This document shows, piece by piece, positions 48,546-64,000 of a stretch of DNA of 64,000 nt. Position numbers and translations under genes: made by a program. The DNA is from Octopus vulgaris (lineage: Eukaryota), in contig OX597820.1 in the NCBI GenBank assembly GCA_951406725.2, positions 54,622,001 through 54,686,000 on the forward strand, given 5' to 3'. Numbering within the stretch: the first letter of the stretch is position 1; every line of letters starts with the position of its first letter. A model generated the notes under the pieces. The model was not told the DNA's origin and did no database searches. It saw nothing but the letters and a program-made list of their open reading frames with translations.

Positions 48546-50959
48546 TTTACAACGATTGTTGTAAACAAGTGTCACAGTCATGTAAACTTTTTCGCTTCCA
48601 ATCTTCCATGAAAAAATGTCTAGTCATGGGGGATTAATACCTTACTCGGAAATGGGTAAGGGTTGGTGGCTGGAAGGGAATATGGCTGTGAAAATCCATC
48701 TTGACAAATTTGATCTGACCCATGCAAGTGTAGAAAAGTGGACATTTAAATGACGAAATGCTTGGTTTTCTTCCCTGGTTCGGACAGGGACCTGTATGAG
48801 GCAAGATTTTACTGCTGGGTGCTCTTACTGTCATCAGCTTATGTTTTTCAGTCAGTCATGTGAATGAACATTCAGACATGGATATACAACAGAATTTTCA
48901 TGTACCAAATTCACTCCAGGCATTTGTGCAGTACTATAGAAGACACCCAAAAAGTTGTGCAATGTGGTGACCTGAAACCATTTAGCTAAAAGGCAAATTT
49001 CTTAACCATTCAGCTATGCTAGATGTTCCAGTCTTTTTTGTATATCAGGGACTGTTGTCTAGTGTCATCATTTAACATCCACTTTCCATGTTGGCATGGG
49101 TTGGACAGTTTGACTGAGGACTGGCAAGCTAGAAGGGTGCACCGGGTTCCAGTCTGGCATGGTTTCTACAGTAGGATGCCTTTCCTAACGCCAAGAGTGT
49201 AGTGGGTGCTTGGAGAGGCATCAAGCTGTAGAAACCTTGCCAGATCAGATTGAAGCCTAGTACAGCCTTCTGGCTTGCCAGTCCTCTGTCTTAATTCAGT
49301 GGTGAGATTTGACTTTTTTTCCAGCAGGTCAGGGCACCTACATAAAGACTTACACTTTGGCCTCTGAGCTGATGTCATATTAACTGTCAGGAAAATTAAA
49401 GATTTCACCAGTTTGTGAAAGCCTACAAATTATGAGCATTGATCCAACTGAATTTTTTTTTAATTACTTGTTTTTTAAAAAGTAGGTACTTCATCATCAT
49501 CGTTTAACGTCCGCTTTCCGCGCTAGCACGGGTTGGATGGTTCGACCGGGGTCTGGGAAGCCAGGGGCTGCACCAGGCTCCAGTCTGATCTGGCAGTGTT
49601 TCTACAGCTGGATGCCCTTCCTAATGCCAACCACTCTGCGAGTGTAGTGGGTGCTTTTTACATGCCAAAAATGAATATTATAAATTACAAAGCAATATTT
49701 CCATTTTGGGATGATTTATGTTTATCTTAGAGGCAAATCAACCCTCACTGAGCAGAGCTGTGATCAAAATTATTTTTGCCATAACCAACCCATCTTTTTC
49801 GAGGTATGTTGGACATAATGTTATGTCTAGCAGATTGAATAACTGTAAAAGCTTCCGCCATTTGCTGCTAATCAGGAATGATTCTGTTTTTGTTCAGTCA
49901 CATTGGAACAAAGTAAGCTAGGTTGCTTGTTCCTCAGCACAGGTAAAGTTAAATATGATCACCAAGGCATCATGCTAAAACATAGCAGTGTACTATAAAT
50001 CAAGATCTTGAAAATGCTATCAATATCTCAATGCAAGGCAATTCTTGTGGCCTCAGACAAGATGCTTTGCTGTATTTCTGCTCGCCAATTATGCTCTGAG
50101 CTCAAATTCTGCTATGGTTGACTTTACCTTTCATGCTTTTGGGAGCAATAAAACAAGTAGCAGATGAGTCGAGTACTGGGGTAGGTGTGATCAACTAACA
50201 CTCCCACCACTAAAATTTCTGGCCTTTTGCCAAAATTTGAAACCATTATCAATGTCCCACTGCCCCTTGGTTTGTAGTAACATGAGTCATTGGGAAAGCT
50301 TCTTCAGTCATGGGCAATCTGTGGTCCATGGGAATTGATGAACAACACCTGTAATGAAAAATTACCTTGAATATTTTTGGTAGTTAATCTGCCTGATAAT
50401 GAACCAGGTCTCATGCAACCTTTTTCTTGGAGAAAGGGTTACCTGCGCTTGTTCTCTATAGTCACTCGACCTGCTAGAAATAACAGCTAAATCTCCTTCA
50501 AATTACGCCTTAACTGCAAAGATGGGATGGTCATGGCTGGTAAAGCTAATTAGACCGGGTAACCTTTTTTTTAACGGCTAGAAACTGACTGTGTAGTAGA
50601 AAAGTTTACTTCCTTATGCAATTTCGTCGACAGGTGTTCTCTACTATAGCTCCAGTCTACCAAATGCCTGATGAATGGATTTCATAAAAGAAACCTATTG
50701 TGTGTATATATATAAATATGCGTGTAGGTGCGTCAGCATTTTACAACAGTTGTCAACATACGTCACTGTGGTGTCATTCAATTGAAATATGAAACGTGTA
50801 TCTGACTACTGTGCGATTCATGTTCCAAAGATTAAGTAAAATATCTTGCTTAGCAAACTAGTGAAGGTTAGCGATATGAAAAGCGTCCGGCTGATGAAAA
50901 TATGCCTCAAAAAATTTCATAACTTGTACAGGCCTGGAGAAGTGAAAGTTAAGATAATA

Positions 50960-51298
50960 CTCTTTTACTTGTTTCAGTCATTTGACTGTGGCCATGCTGG
51001 AGCACCGCCTTTAGTCGAGCAAATCGACCCCAGGACTTATTCTTTGTAAGCCTAGTATTTATGAGCCGCTAAGTTACGGGGACATAAACACATTACCATC
51101 GGTTGTCAAGCGATGTTGGAGGAACAAACACATACATATATATACGACGGGTTTCCGTCTACCAAATCCACTCACAAGGCTTCGGTCGACTCCAGGCAAT
51201 ATTAGAAGACACTTGCCCAAGGTGCCACGCAGTGGGACTGAACCAGAAACCATACGGTTGGTAAGAAAGCTACTTACCACACAGCCACTCCTACACCT
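50960..51298 (-). mobile_element. SINE family A copy
   Basis: Reverse complement of the family consensus. Confidence 0.8.
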
Positions 51299-52060
51299 AT
51301 CATCGCAATGATGATTATGTAACTAATAATCTCATCTTGAAAGATTGAAATTTTTTTCTTACATCGACACAGCATTTCGGTTTCTGATCATCCGACCGAT
51401 ATTTCTTATTCCTCCATATTGTTTCTAGTACGAAAATGTAACCGTATCAAAAGAACAGCTATTTTTCATGGATTTAAGTTTCTGTGGCTATGAACCACAC
51501 TGGAGCACTGTTTTCAAGGGTTTTCCTAAATGATGTCGATCAAGTACTGACGTTCATTTTTAACGAGTTGACATTTTAGAGTTACCTCCCTTTAGTCGTG
51601 TGACCACTATATTTTCCATGGGTGATATCTGTAGTTTCGTATAATATACTGCTTTCACAGTGTATAGTTAAAAGAGGCATTTGCTCAAAGTGCTCTGGAG
51701 TGATATTGAACCAGGAAGCAGACTTTTAAACTACACAGTCATGTAGGGATTTGGGAGATAAATCTAGCTACTGTATTTGCAAGTTCAAGGAATATGGATG
51801 GCCGATTTAGTAGTACACTACACAACTATACAAGGACTTGTAGCTCAAACCCTAATTGAAGTGCATGATCAAACAGCTGGTACTCAATGGCTAAATCCAC
51901 GTAACTAAGATTACAGGATGTTTGGGCTAAATTTGATGTATTGGTGAACAGTCAGTGACATGGGAGAACATACAGATTAAAGTTGTAGTTGAAAAAAAGT
52001 TACCTGATATGAAGGACTGGAAACTATCTGAATATTGATAGTTATCCTGTATCATGATGT

Positions 52061-52318
52061 TGTATCTGGGGAGAGTCATTTGCTTTTTGTGCCTTATAAT
52101 TTAACACACTCACCGGTAAAATTTCCACTTATTTCTTATTTTTATTTTCGTTGTGTCTTGCAACCTTTTCAATTGACTAATAAGTGGAAATTTTACCAGT
52201 GAGTGTGTTACATTACAAGGCACAAAAAGAAAATGACTCTCCCCAGACACAAAAGAATATGCTTCAACACACGAACTCATATAAAGAATCTTGCAAACCA
52301 AATCCAAAAACGAAATGT
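52061..52318. mobile_element. Second copy of the Penelope-like inverted-arm element
   Basis: Arms ~52061-52132 / 52179-52251; homologous to 30513-30812. Confidence 0.65.
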
Positions 52319-55300
52319 ATCAAGATAATTCACACCAGTAACATAGCTTGTAATTTAGTCTCAGGTCAGCCCCAATTGAGCAAATTCAATTCCTCAAAAT
52401 GGTTACATCCCATATTATATTCAAGTGCAATATATCTTAGGTTACTCAATGCTTTCAAGGCAGCAATCTGACAATCATTAGCATGCCAGACAAAATGCTT
52501 AATGGAATTTCGTCTGTCTTTTCATTTTGATGAGGTCAACTTTGCCATTATCCTTTCAAGGTCAATGAAATAAGTACCAGTTAATCAATAACTTGAGTTG
52601 ATGTAACTGACCAGCCTCAAAATTCCAGGCCTTGTTCCTGTAGTAGGAAGTTATTTAATTCTGCCTTTTGCTCCCTCTCTCTTTGTTCTAGAGCAAGAGA
52701 ATGTGGTTTGAAAATGAACTTTGCCATCACTTCTCACAAATCAAGCAACTCTGTAGACTTGAAAACATAAATACCATTCCAGGCTGGTGTAATTCAAACT
52801 ACACTGTTATACCCAGATCAAACCCAATTCAATACATTCCAGCTGTGACTATCTACATAGTTGTTTTACGGACGTATCCAAATTCATTATTCAATGTGTG
52901 TCTCATTTCAGACTGAATGGTGAGATTTGAGTTTTACTGTAGTTCTAGCAGGTTTGAGCAACCACAAAGAGATCATCATAGATTTCTGCTAAACCAGAGG
53001 CCAAAAAAGTGTGTAACACTAAGTTGTTGTGCAGCCCCAGGTCAGCCCTGACATTGTGTAGTAGTCAGGCATGATTGCATTGTTAAAAAGTTCACTTTGC
53101 AACACATTTCAGGTTCAGTCCCATTGTGCAACTCCTTGGGCAAGTTTCTTCTTCTATAGACCCAGGTTGACTAATGCCGTGTAAGTGAATTTGGTAGAAG
53201 GAAACTGTGTGGAAGCCCATTATGTAAGTATATATGTGTATACATCATCAGCTTAATCCCAAGGAAACCTGAAATAAGAACCAGGAATTTTTCTGGACTC
53301 AGAAACTATTATCTTTATCCAATATTATATACAGTAAGCACATACACACACACTGAACCAACTTTCACACTGCTTGCTATTTTCAATTCTAACTGAACCA
53401 CTAAACAATGCTTTGAGAAATGCATGAATGCCACAAATTCCATTGAGCCCTGCACATGAAAAGATATCTGCGTTAGGAAGGGCATCCAGCTGTAGAAACA
53501 TTGCCAGATAAGACTGGAGCCTGGTGCAGCCTTCTGGCTTCCCAGATCCCCGGTCGAACCGTCCAACCCATGCTAGCATGGAGAACGGACGTTAAACGAT
53601 GATGATGATGTAATTTTTGCAGTAAGTTTAGTCATATACTGGTTGGCTAACCTTTTTGTTACCATATGAACATAAATTTACATGAAATTTTGATGGGAGG
53701 CTTTAATTTAGGTCACTTTAAAACAGGAAGTTTATATCAGAGCCAGGGGCAGTTTCAGGTAGGATGGTATCAAAAAAGTTAACCTAGGTCAGCAGTGATA
53801 CAAGAAACATGATCAAAGGTATGCCAGCAATGATTATGCTGTTATCTTAAAATTGTATGTGCTGCCTGACTGGTCCCATGCTGGTGGCACATAAAAAGCA
53901 CCATTTGAGCATGGTTGATGCCAGACTGGTCTTGTGCCAGTGGCACGTAAAAAGTGCCCACTACACTCTTGGAGTGGTTGACGTTAGAAAGGGCATCTAG
54001 CTGTAGAAACCTTGTCAGATCAGATAGGAGCCTGGTGCAGCCTTCTGGCTTACCAGTCCGACCGACCAATACCAGCATGGAAAGCGGACGTTAAACGATG
54101 ATGACATTAATGTGTTCTTTCCTATTTAAGATAGAAGAATGCAATTTCAAAACGATTTTGTTGCTACTTCCAGTAAGTGAAGAGCCTGTTACAGTTGATA
54201 TGAGAGTAACTATATTAGACAAGAAAAACAAAAAAAAAAAAAAAGCAAAGAGGACATATATTTATAAAATATCCAGTTCTTTCCCCACTTACAGGAGTAT
54301 AATGACAGAAATAGTTATAGATTGGGTAACCTTTTGTGAAACTGCCATAACACCTAAAATAGAGAAGTTCTAACATTCCAGTCATTCCGAAATATATTTA
54401 TAAAAATAAAAAACCCATAGCTGTCTCTAGCCAGTGAGACTGACCTAGTAGAATATTCCAAGCTATTGTTAATAATTGTAGGAGGTGCTTATGTAGTCAC
54501 AAGTAGACATTGACACCCTCTTAGCCAACCTATCTATTGACCCAGCAGGATGTAACAAGTGGAAGGTAAGAGCTACACCAGCATTAGTGCTGGTACTCAT
54601 TTTCAGCTAAGTAAACTCGAGTGGTGTAAAGAAAGTGCTTGCTCAAGGACAACGCACCACCAGGCCCAGGAATCAAACCCTCAACATTATGATCATGTGC
54701 CCAACACCTTAAACACTATACTAACAGTACAAGTGAAGGGTTTCTAATCAGAAAATGGACTCAGATAATTTCTGAGATAATTTCTAATAACTGATCAGAT
54801 AATTTGTCCAGCAAGAACAAATTGCCAGAGACTTCAAGTAAAGGTAATTCAGTGGCCTAGTGGTTTGGGTGCTGCACATATGACTGCAAAATCATGGTTT
54901 CAATTCACCGAGAAGTGGTACATTGTATCCTTGAGCAAGACACTTCATTTCATGCTGCTCCAGTTTAATCAGCTTTAAATGCGTAACCCTGCAACATACT
55001 GAGGTCCCATTCAGAGGGAATGTTGGCCTGCCCACCAAGCCAGTCGAGTGGCATCATTTGAAAACTACAACAATGCAAAGAAGCACATTGTGACCAGTGG
55101 TATATAACATCAGACATAATATGAAGAACATTATTAGAGAAATATTTTTATTTTGTGAAGATTTAATCAGATGGGGAATGTTAGGGTTACCCCCAGAAAA
55201 TATATAAATCACATTGAAGAATTTATTAAGGGAGGCAAGTCCTATAAACATTTTCATAGTTGAAAACTATAAAAAAATAAAAATCTAATTCTCAGAGTCT

Positions 55301-55336
55301 TGTCAGCAAATCACTTCATGGTCGTTAACATCAATA

Positions 55337-55367
55337 TCATTCAGGGATGTCCAACACAGCACGGATG
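55337..55367 (-). CDS. ADH5: Class III alcohol dehydrogenase, terminal coding exon
   Basis: Acceptor TTTTCTTTTAG; AG+C ATC CGT GCT GTG... = SIRAVLDIPE*; phase matches the previous exon. Confidence 0.85.
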
Positions 55368-55859
55368 CTAAAAGAAAAAATGCAAATGTAAGGCCTTAGT
55401 CAAAAGATATTGGTCTGTAGACTGTAGAAACAAATTTAAAGGAAAGAGCATGAAAGAGATGGCTAGATGTTAATTATCTCATAAATAGCTGATATAAATG
55501 TTAGCTAGTTGATTTGTGCCAGTGCCATGCAGGTAGACACCCGTGCCGTCTTGATTATTTCATAATTTTCACATTGTCATTTTGTGAAATCAGTCATTGA
55601 TTCTAATGGCATTATCGATAATATTCTTTTCTACTCTAGGCACAAGGCCCGAAATTTGGAGGGGGGAGAAGCAGTTGATTAGATCAACCCCAATACACAA
55701 CTGGTACTTAATCGACCCCCGAAAGGATGAAAGGCAAAGTCGATCTCAGCGGAATTTGAACTCAGAACATAAAGACAGATGAAATACCGCTAAGCATTTC
55801 GCTCGACATGCTAATGTTTCTGCCAATTCACCACTTTGGCATTATCAATAATATTGACA

Positions 55860-57278
55860 GGGTGAGTTGACCTCTACCAGCTGCAATGAGTGAGCATTAC
55901 TGATCAGCATTAATTTCCTATATGAAATTAACATGCTAATTTAATGCATTTCGCTCTGAGTGGGAAGGGTTTTCTCTCCTATCAATACAAAGAGACCATG
56001 TGTTTTTGTTGCTAAGGAGTCTACAACTATTTCTAGCAATGCTGAAGCTCACTGCACTCTTAGTGATGGTGAATTATTTCACTGTTGGTTTTAAATTGCT
56101 CCTAGCAATGGAGGGTATTGAGGATGTGGACCTGGACATAGATCCCAAGGCTAGGGATGTGGACAAAGTTGAGTACATCTTTGTTGATGTCATCCTTGAC
56201 GAGTCCAGCAGCCTGGACCTAAACCTACCAGTGCACAGCCCATACTTTGAACTTGGTAGCCACTGTGGATGCTGAAAAGGCTTTTGACAGGGCTTTGTTC
56301 AAGTTGGCCTACAGGAAGGCCATGTCCAAGGCACAGTGGCTGTGGAATCTGCAGAGCTGCAGTACGGTGGTGGCAGACAGCATTCTGGGTGTATTGAAGA
56401 GGAGGCTGGTGGTCCCCGCAGCACCAGATGGAACTCTACCTATGACTGCTATTGTCCTTAACAACATGTTGGAGAAGAATAGGGGAGCTATCCACAGGAT
56501 GATGACATAGCTGAAGCTGCAAAACTTCACTGATTCTGATGTCAGCTTCCTGATTGAGTATGCCCAGGTGATGTCTAACGTTGCCAAGGCCAGGGGTGGG
56601 CATCTCAAAGGAAGTCCTGACTGAAGTTACCTTTTTGGGTAAGCAGGTCTTGATTGAGCTGTTTATCAAGTATAACACTGCCATCCCATCCAGTGCTGCA
56701 GTTGAGCACCTAAACTCTATAGGCAAAGATATTTTGAGGGCCAATAAAGCCACCCTGTCAGATGGTAACTGAGAGGCTGATGTTTATGAAGGGCAACCAA
56801 CATCACATCCAGGCAATGGAGAAGGCCCAGCCAGAGTAGTACACCTTGATCATCATCATCTGATCTTGGCATGATACCTACACTATACTATACCATTTTG
56901 ATTCGTTTAATACTTTTTGTACAGTAAATAAAGTGTATGTTGACTGAAAAACTAATGTTAAATTTCATTTGTTCATTTAATTATTTGCACACACGTTGAT
57001 CATCATCTGATCTTGGCATGCTATACCTTTTTGGAAAACTTTATGTCTAAGCTAAAGCATGAAAATTTCAGCTCTCTAGGTCTATTTTTAGGGGTTTTAG
57101 AGCAAAAAAAAAAGAAAATCAAACCAAACCTAAATTCATATGGTAAAAGTTAGCAGTTATCATTTAGTGTTAACTTCTGCCAATTTTTCTTTTACTTGTT
57201 TAGCAGTTTAGCGTTTGTGAAGGTAACTTTATTAGTTAGTGGCTAAGCTAACTTTTTGGTTAGCTGTGCCCACCACTG
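55860..57278 (+). mobile_element. Degenerate hAT transposon inside the last ADH5 intron
   Basis: hATC dimerisation motif LFIKYNTAIPSSAAVEHLNSIGKDIL...LSDGN; the right end reads CAGTGGTGGGCACAGCTAAC on - with GTTAG/CTAAC subterminal repeats; left end uncertain. Confidence 0.75.
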
Positions 57279-57724
57279 ATAGCAAGCAAGCCTGCTAGTA
57301 GGATACCATTACAAAATAAAACAAAAGTTAATAAAATGATGTGCGTTTGTGATTTAAATAGCTCTTATGACTATTTCATGATGTAAATGTTTCGGTTTGA
57401 ACACAATCTCAGATCAATACATTAGAATTTAAAAAAAGAAAAAAGGAAAAAAAGAATGAGATAGCTATTTCTTCACCAACCACAAGGGGCTAAACACAGA
57501 GGGGACAAACAAAGACAGACAAACAGAGTAAGTCGATTATATTGACCCCAGTGCGTAACTGGTACTTATTTAATCAACCCCGAAAGGATGAAAGGCAAAG
57601 TCGACCTCGGCAGAATTTGAACTCAGAACGTAACTGCAGGCGAAATACCGCTAAGCATTTCGTCCGACGTGCTAACGTTTCTGCCAGCTCGCCGCCCTTA
57701 ATGAAAAGAATGAGATAGCACTCA

Positions 57725-57943
<219 letters not shown>

Positions 57944-59665
57944 TTAACAGTAATTTTTTTTTTATACAAGCTAAAGTAGCTTTATGCAACCTACTGAAAA
58001 TAGCAGCCAAATCTCCTTTCAGTCACATCATTCTGTCTTTAACTTTCGATACCAGCCTACCTGAAACCACCTTTGGTTCATCATCATCATCATCATTGTT
58101 TAACATCCACCTTCCATGTTGGCATGGGCGAAACAGTTTGACAAGAGCCTTCACCAGACTTCTGTTTATTTTGGCAGGGTTTTTAAGGCTATATGCTCTT
58201 CCTATTGCTAACCACCCAGCAGAGGTTCAATGATAAAAATTCTGTTTTAAAGTGAATCTAAATTAAAACCTTCCATCAAAATCTTGTGTTAATTTATATT
58301 CTAAACACTATCTTAATGACAAAGTTATTTTTATAAATTCATCATTTTAACATCCATTTTTCCATGCTTGTTGGTCGGATGGAGTTTATTTACATGCCGG
58401 TGTCAAGTAAAAGCACCCATTATACTGAGTGGTTGACGTTAGGAAGGGCATCCAGCCAAATCAGACTGTAGTCTATTGCAGCCCCTCAGCTTACCAGCCC
58501 TGGTCAAACCATCCAACCCATACCAGCATGGACAACAAACACTAAATGATGAGGCTTCTTTCAATTTCCCTCTCCCAAATCTACCTACAATGCTTTGGTC
58601 AGCTTGTAATTGTAATATAAAATACTTGCCCGAGATGCCAGACAGTGAGATTGAACCCAAAACCATGTGGTTAGGAAGCATACCTCTTAATCACACAGTC
58701 ACTCGTGTCTCATTATTTCCCTTATTTTCAAAATCAATTGCAACAAAAGCAGTATATTTCAATATAAATATAGTAACAAAAAATGGTTAGAAATATCAAG
58801 GACACACTGAGAAATGTTGCCCAATTTAGGGATCATGGTTGCAACACTTGTAATCATACATCTGCTTGGTTAGGATTCGCTTGGATATAAAACACTTTTT
58901 AGCTTACTGATATATTGGAGTTTACATCTTTCAAGTTCTAGCACCAAATTTTAACATTTGTATTGGTATGGGCACTAGTTTCATCTTCAATTTTCCCAGT
59001 TAGCTATGTACACTTTAAAAACTGATGGATGTGTTATGACCATCCCATAATTTTGTATATTAGACTACATTGAATAATGTATCTTTCTTTAATATGATAG
59101 GATATGATTTAACCCTTTTATGTTTAAACCAGCCATATCCAGCCCAAATTTTCTACATATCTTACATTCAAACTGGCCATATCTACCTTCTCACACCTAA
59201 CCTACAATGGCATTCTAAAAATAAACAATCACATCATTGAAACTTCAAAGGTATAAGATAATGATGCATGGTTAATTGAAAACAATGTGAATAAGTAGTA
59301 CACTTAACAGAGTAAACTGAACACTAAAGGGTTAAGGGAGACTTGGCTATTTCTCCTTCATGGGCTTGTAAAAAGAAAAAAATATTTGTATTTCAAATTT
59401 TCAACTAGCAATAGCCTTGCCTCAGATTAACTTCATTGATTATATTTAGTAAGGAGGCTAAACTAAGACCGTTGTAGTTGATGTTTGACTCCAAATTTTT
59501 ATAGCACTGAACGCAAGACAAACTGCCCATTGGATAATACTCAGCCTGTATACTACTAGGACAACCAAGGAGATAGTGATAAAGACAGAACACTAATTGT
59601 AGAGGGACAAAATGCAAGTACTTTAGAAAGAGATTTTGACTAAAAGTTGTCCTCCCACCAAACTA

Positions 59666-59875
<210 letters not shown>

Positions 59876-60260
59876 TTAAAACTTATGGCAATCACCATGC
59901 AATGACTAAGGAAAATAGTCTAATAAAGGGGTATATAAGCCATTGACAAAAAAAACGGTTTTCCTATCCGCATGGAAGACAAATCCACATGCCTTTGTTA
60001 ACACGACTAAGTGCATTACCTTTACACCAGCAAATCAGCCTCCCTTTTCCTGTCAAATTTAAGAACTATTATGTTCTACAAAGAAAGACTTTACATGCAA
60101 AAATTATTAAAATTAATGTGTTTGCTACATACTTATAAGAATAAGTGTGTATTATAAGGTTAATAGTTGGCCAGCTAGTTAATCCTTTCTAGACCTCAAG
60201 AGTCTTTAGAGTCAGTGGCTGTACAACTATGTAATCCTTTCTGGAAGATGAAAACTTTAT

Positions 60261-61356
60261 ACAAGGTGTTATCAAAAAGTTCCTGGACAAGTTCTGTACC
60301 ATGCCAACAGACAGAAGCACAAATTTGCATGCACAATGAGAGCTAATGGTGACCTTCATGGCATCGCTGTGTTTACTTTGCAAATTGTGAAATTTGCTTT
60401 TTTGTGATCACCTGTAGACTGTAGTCTACAATTTTGTCATGGATAGGAACAAAGAGCCAACATGAAATTTTGCATTAAACTTGGGAAGTCTGCTACAGAG
60501 ACATTGAGCATTCTTTGGCAAGCTTACAGTGACAAGGCAATGAGTCATATGCAAGGTTTTGAGTGACACAGGTACTTCCAAAGCAGAAGAACAACCCTGG
60601 AAGATCGGCCACGAGTGTCACACCTGGAAATGTGGCATTGTCCATAGAGAATTCGCTCCCCAGGGTCAGACCGTCAACCAAAAGTTCTACCACAACGTTT
60701 TGAAGCTTTTAAGGAAAGACATTTGACAAAAGCAACCAGATCTGTGGGCCGCGAAGAATTGGATTGTTAACAACAACGCACCTTGTCACTGAGCTCTCCT
60801 CACTCGTGAGTTTCTTGTTAAAAACAACATGGTTGATTTTTTATTACCCACAAGGGGCGAACAAAGAGGGGACAACACAATCTGATTTTGGGGTCAGATT
60901 AGCAGATGATTTTACATATATGATGAATTAAAAAATTTTAATACAATAAAATCGAAAAAATCGGATGATAGGACAGACCAGAAGACATTACGGATGGAGG
61001 GGGGGGGTTAGCTCGGACCCCACGAGCCCCGCCTCGCCACTGATACCTTAGTTTCATCCTGTCCCACATTTATGTGGTACCATTCATGGTATTGCTTCCA
61101 CACCTGCCCTAGTCACCAGAATTAGCACCTACAGACTTTCATCTAAGGTTGCCATTGTTGAAAGCAAGAGTGAATCACAGAAGGTCCTCAACTCACAAAA
61201 AGATGACTTCCAGGCCAGATTCTAAAAGTGACAGGAACACTGGGATTGGTGTATGTTGTACAAGGTGACTACTTTGAAGGAGATGTTAAAATTTAGGTAA
61301 ATAAGTTATTTTTTTATTAAACATAACTAGTCCGGGAACTTTTTGATACCACCTTG
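60261..61356 (+). mobile_element. Degenerate mariner element in an ADH5 intron, interrupted by an insert (~60832-61085)
   Basis: TIRs CAAGGTGTTATCAAAAAGTTCCTGGAC / GTCCGGGAACTTTTTGATACCACCTTG; fragments PQGQTVNQKFY, NNNAPCH, GDYFEGD. Confidence 0.75.
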
Positions 61357-61964
61357 CAGTTTGTGGCTAGTCTGCTAGCTAATCCTTTCTTCATCACAAA
61401 GGATCTATAGGAAACATTAGCCAGCTGGTCAGCTAACTAATATTTTCTGAAAGACAATTATACATAAGACTGGTGCTTCTCTGGGTTTTCTGTAACATTA
61501 CTTAAATGAGAAGTGAATATCTCCCTGGATAAGACTATTACATGCATTTTCTATGGAAACTTGCCAGACTTAGTATTCATGATAACAAACCACAGGACTA
61601 CCTACAGCCTATAACAATGAACTATACTATCAGCAGCACATATATATAGCTAGAAATAGCAGACAAATGTCCTTCAAATCACAAGAGACACACTGAATAA
61701 CATGATCTTGAGATCACAGGGCCTAGGAAAAAAACAGGATAATTACAGACAAAGTATCTGACCATAGATCACCTCGGAGCTATGCTAGAGCTAAACAATA
61801 ATTCAGAAGTAGATAGTCTGTTATTAAGTGCCTTCCTGTGTTCACAAAATACTAGTAGCAGGGCTTGAATTTCTGACTTTTCCAGTTGCTATTACAATCA
61901 TGGATAGACTCATATGTGAAATATTATCTCAACTGGCTCGTATTTCATTCTCTTCACTACATCA

Positions 61965-62186
<222 letters not shown>

Positions 62187-62470
62187 TTATAGTCAAAAAT
62201 GAAAATTGGAAAGATATAAAGGATGAAGAACTGAAAAAAGAAATTAAACTTTTAGCTTAAGGTATTTTCGCACCTGAAATCACAAAATGTGTCTGAATAA
62301 ACATTGCCAGACAGCAAATACAGACTCGGACATTGCTTAGAAAATAATTTCATTTTTAACTTCGTATATAGTACGCACTAGGGATTTTGACCTTTAAATT
62401 TTTGGGGGAAAATGCGGATTATACTTGAGGATTTACGATACACCTGATAAACAACAAAGACAAGTGTCTA

Positions 62471-62659
<189 letters not shown>

Positions 62660-63941
62660 TTAAGAGAGATGACTTTGACATTTATCTTTTACTTGTTTCA
62701 GTCATTGAACTGCAGCCATGCTGGGGCAATACTTTGAAAGATTTAGTCGAAATTACCCCCTGCCCCCAGTACTTATTTTTAAGTCTGATATTTGTTCTTT
62801 CAGTTTCTTTTGCCAAACCACTAAGTTACAGAGATGTAAACAAACCAACACCAGTTGTCAAGAGGAGTGGGGAGATAAAGACTAAGAACCATATATATAT
62901 ATATATACATACACACACATACATACACGACCAAAACGCCTCCCATCCAATGGACGATGCTGAGTTGTCAAACATTTAAAACAAATTTTCTCAAAACAAC
63001 TTGTCTGACCATTCCATAGGCCTCCCCTTTGAGAAACACTGATTTAACCTAAATTTGAGACACCGTGCATTTTTCTTGCATACGCATAGTATTGATCAAA
63101 ACAGCTGATGTAAATGCACGTACAAATGCACGGTCCCACGGTTTTATCGATCGCATTCTCAGCTGGAATCGATTTTTGTAATTTTTTCAAGACTTATACC
63201 TGCCCTGATACCGTCGGTATCTACATATCAAATTTGAGCACAATTGGATGGAGAATGCCCAAGATCCTAGAAGACACACACACAGACAGACAGAACAAAT
63301 TTTATATAATATATATATATATATATATATAGGACAAGCTATAAATAATAGTCATTACATATTTGTACTTTATTGGAGTAAGTTTTTTCCTTTATTTGAA
63401 TAAAAGGTACTTTTGTTAGATCCATTTCTGGATCCATTTCAGCAGAACACTGAAAGACCACAAATGGCTCTGATAAAAGTAGCATTAACCCTTTTGTTAC
63501 TGTATTTATTTTGAGATGCTCTGTGTTTCTTTCAATTACTTTAAAATATAACAAAGAATTTAGTAAAATAACTTAGTTATCATTAAGCTAGTGTTAGGAA
63601 CATAAATTGTAACTAAGGTTTGGTGGAAGATTTTAATTCAGAACTTTTGAAAACAAGACATTTGTACTACAGAGCCAGAGCCGAAAGGGTTAAGTCATTC
63701 AACTTTTCTCAACTGGCCAATAGACTAATTAAGAAACCTATCAATAATGAACCTATAATGACAACTGGAAACAGTGGTAAGCCAAATTTACTCTAATAAA
63801 GGAAAAATATGTAATGACCATTATTTACAACTTGTATATCACAATGTAAAAAACAGTTTGACTGGAGTGCAACCACAGATTTACAATATAGAATGGAGAT
63901 GAACAACAAACTAGGACTCTGCTATAAGAATACTTGAAGTT

Positions 63942-64000
63942 AGGCACAGGAGTGGCTGTGTGGTAAGTAGCTTGCTTACCAACCACATGGTTCTGGGTTC
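63942..64000 (+). mobile_element. SINE family A head, truncated by the window end
   Basis: AGGCACAGGAGTGGCTGTGTGGTAAGTAGC. Confidence 0.8.

Overview
This is AT-rich, repeat-saturated animal genomic DNA, very probably from an octopus or other cephalopod. That is an inference from the SINE families, the microsatellite load and the class III ADH sequence. Almost all ORFs in the supplied track are microsatellite or repeat artefacts. Two real, convergently oriented host genes lie at the right end. (1) A complete ATF4 bZIP gene on + has CDS 46049-46220 joined to 46795-47741 (372 aa). Its reconstructed 5' leader reproduces the classic stress-sensing architecture: a 3-codon uORF1 and a spliced uORF2 that overlaps the CDS out of frame. 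There is a C/EBP-ATF site in the promoter. (2) The last five coding exons of a class III alcohol dehydrogenase (ADH5/GSNOR) lie on -. The rest is decayed mariner, hAT, Gypsy, CR1, RTE and Tx1-like elements, MITEs, HINE-like elements and many tRNA-derived SINEs. The most unusual signal is a set of short, non-coding elements, mostly embedded in microsatellites, that each carry a minimal type I hammerhead-ribozyme fold with a non-canonical catalytic core (9625, 40041 and 41053 on +; 30606 on -). There are also two nested inverted-duplication structures centred on Penelope-like hairpins. Repeat boundaries were read by eye and are approximate.
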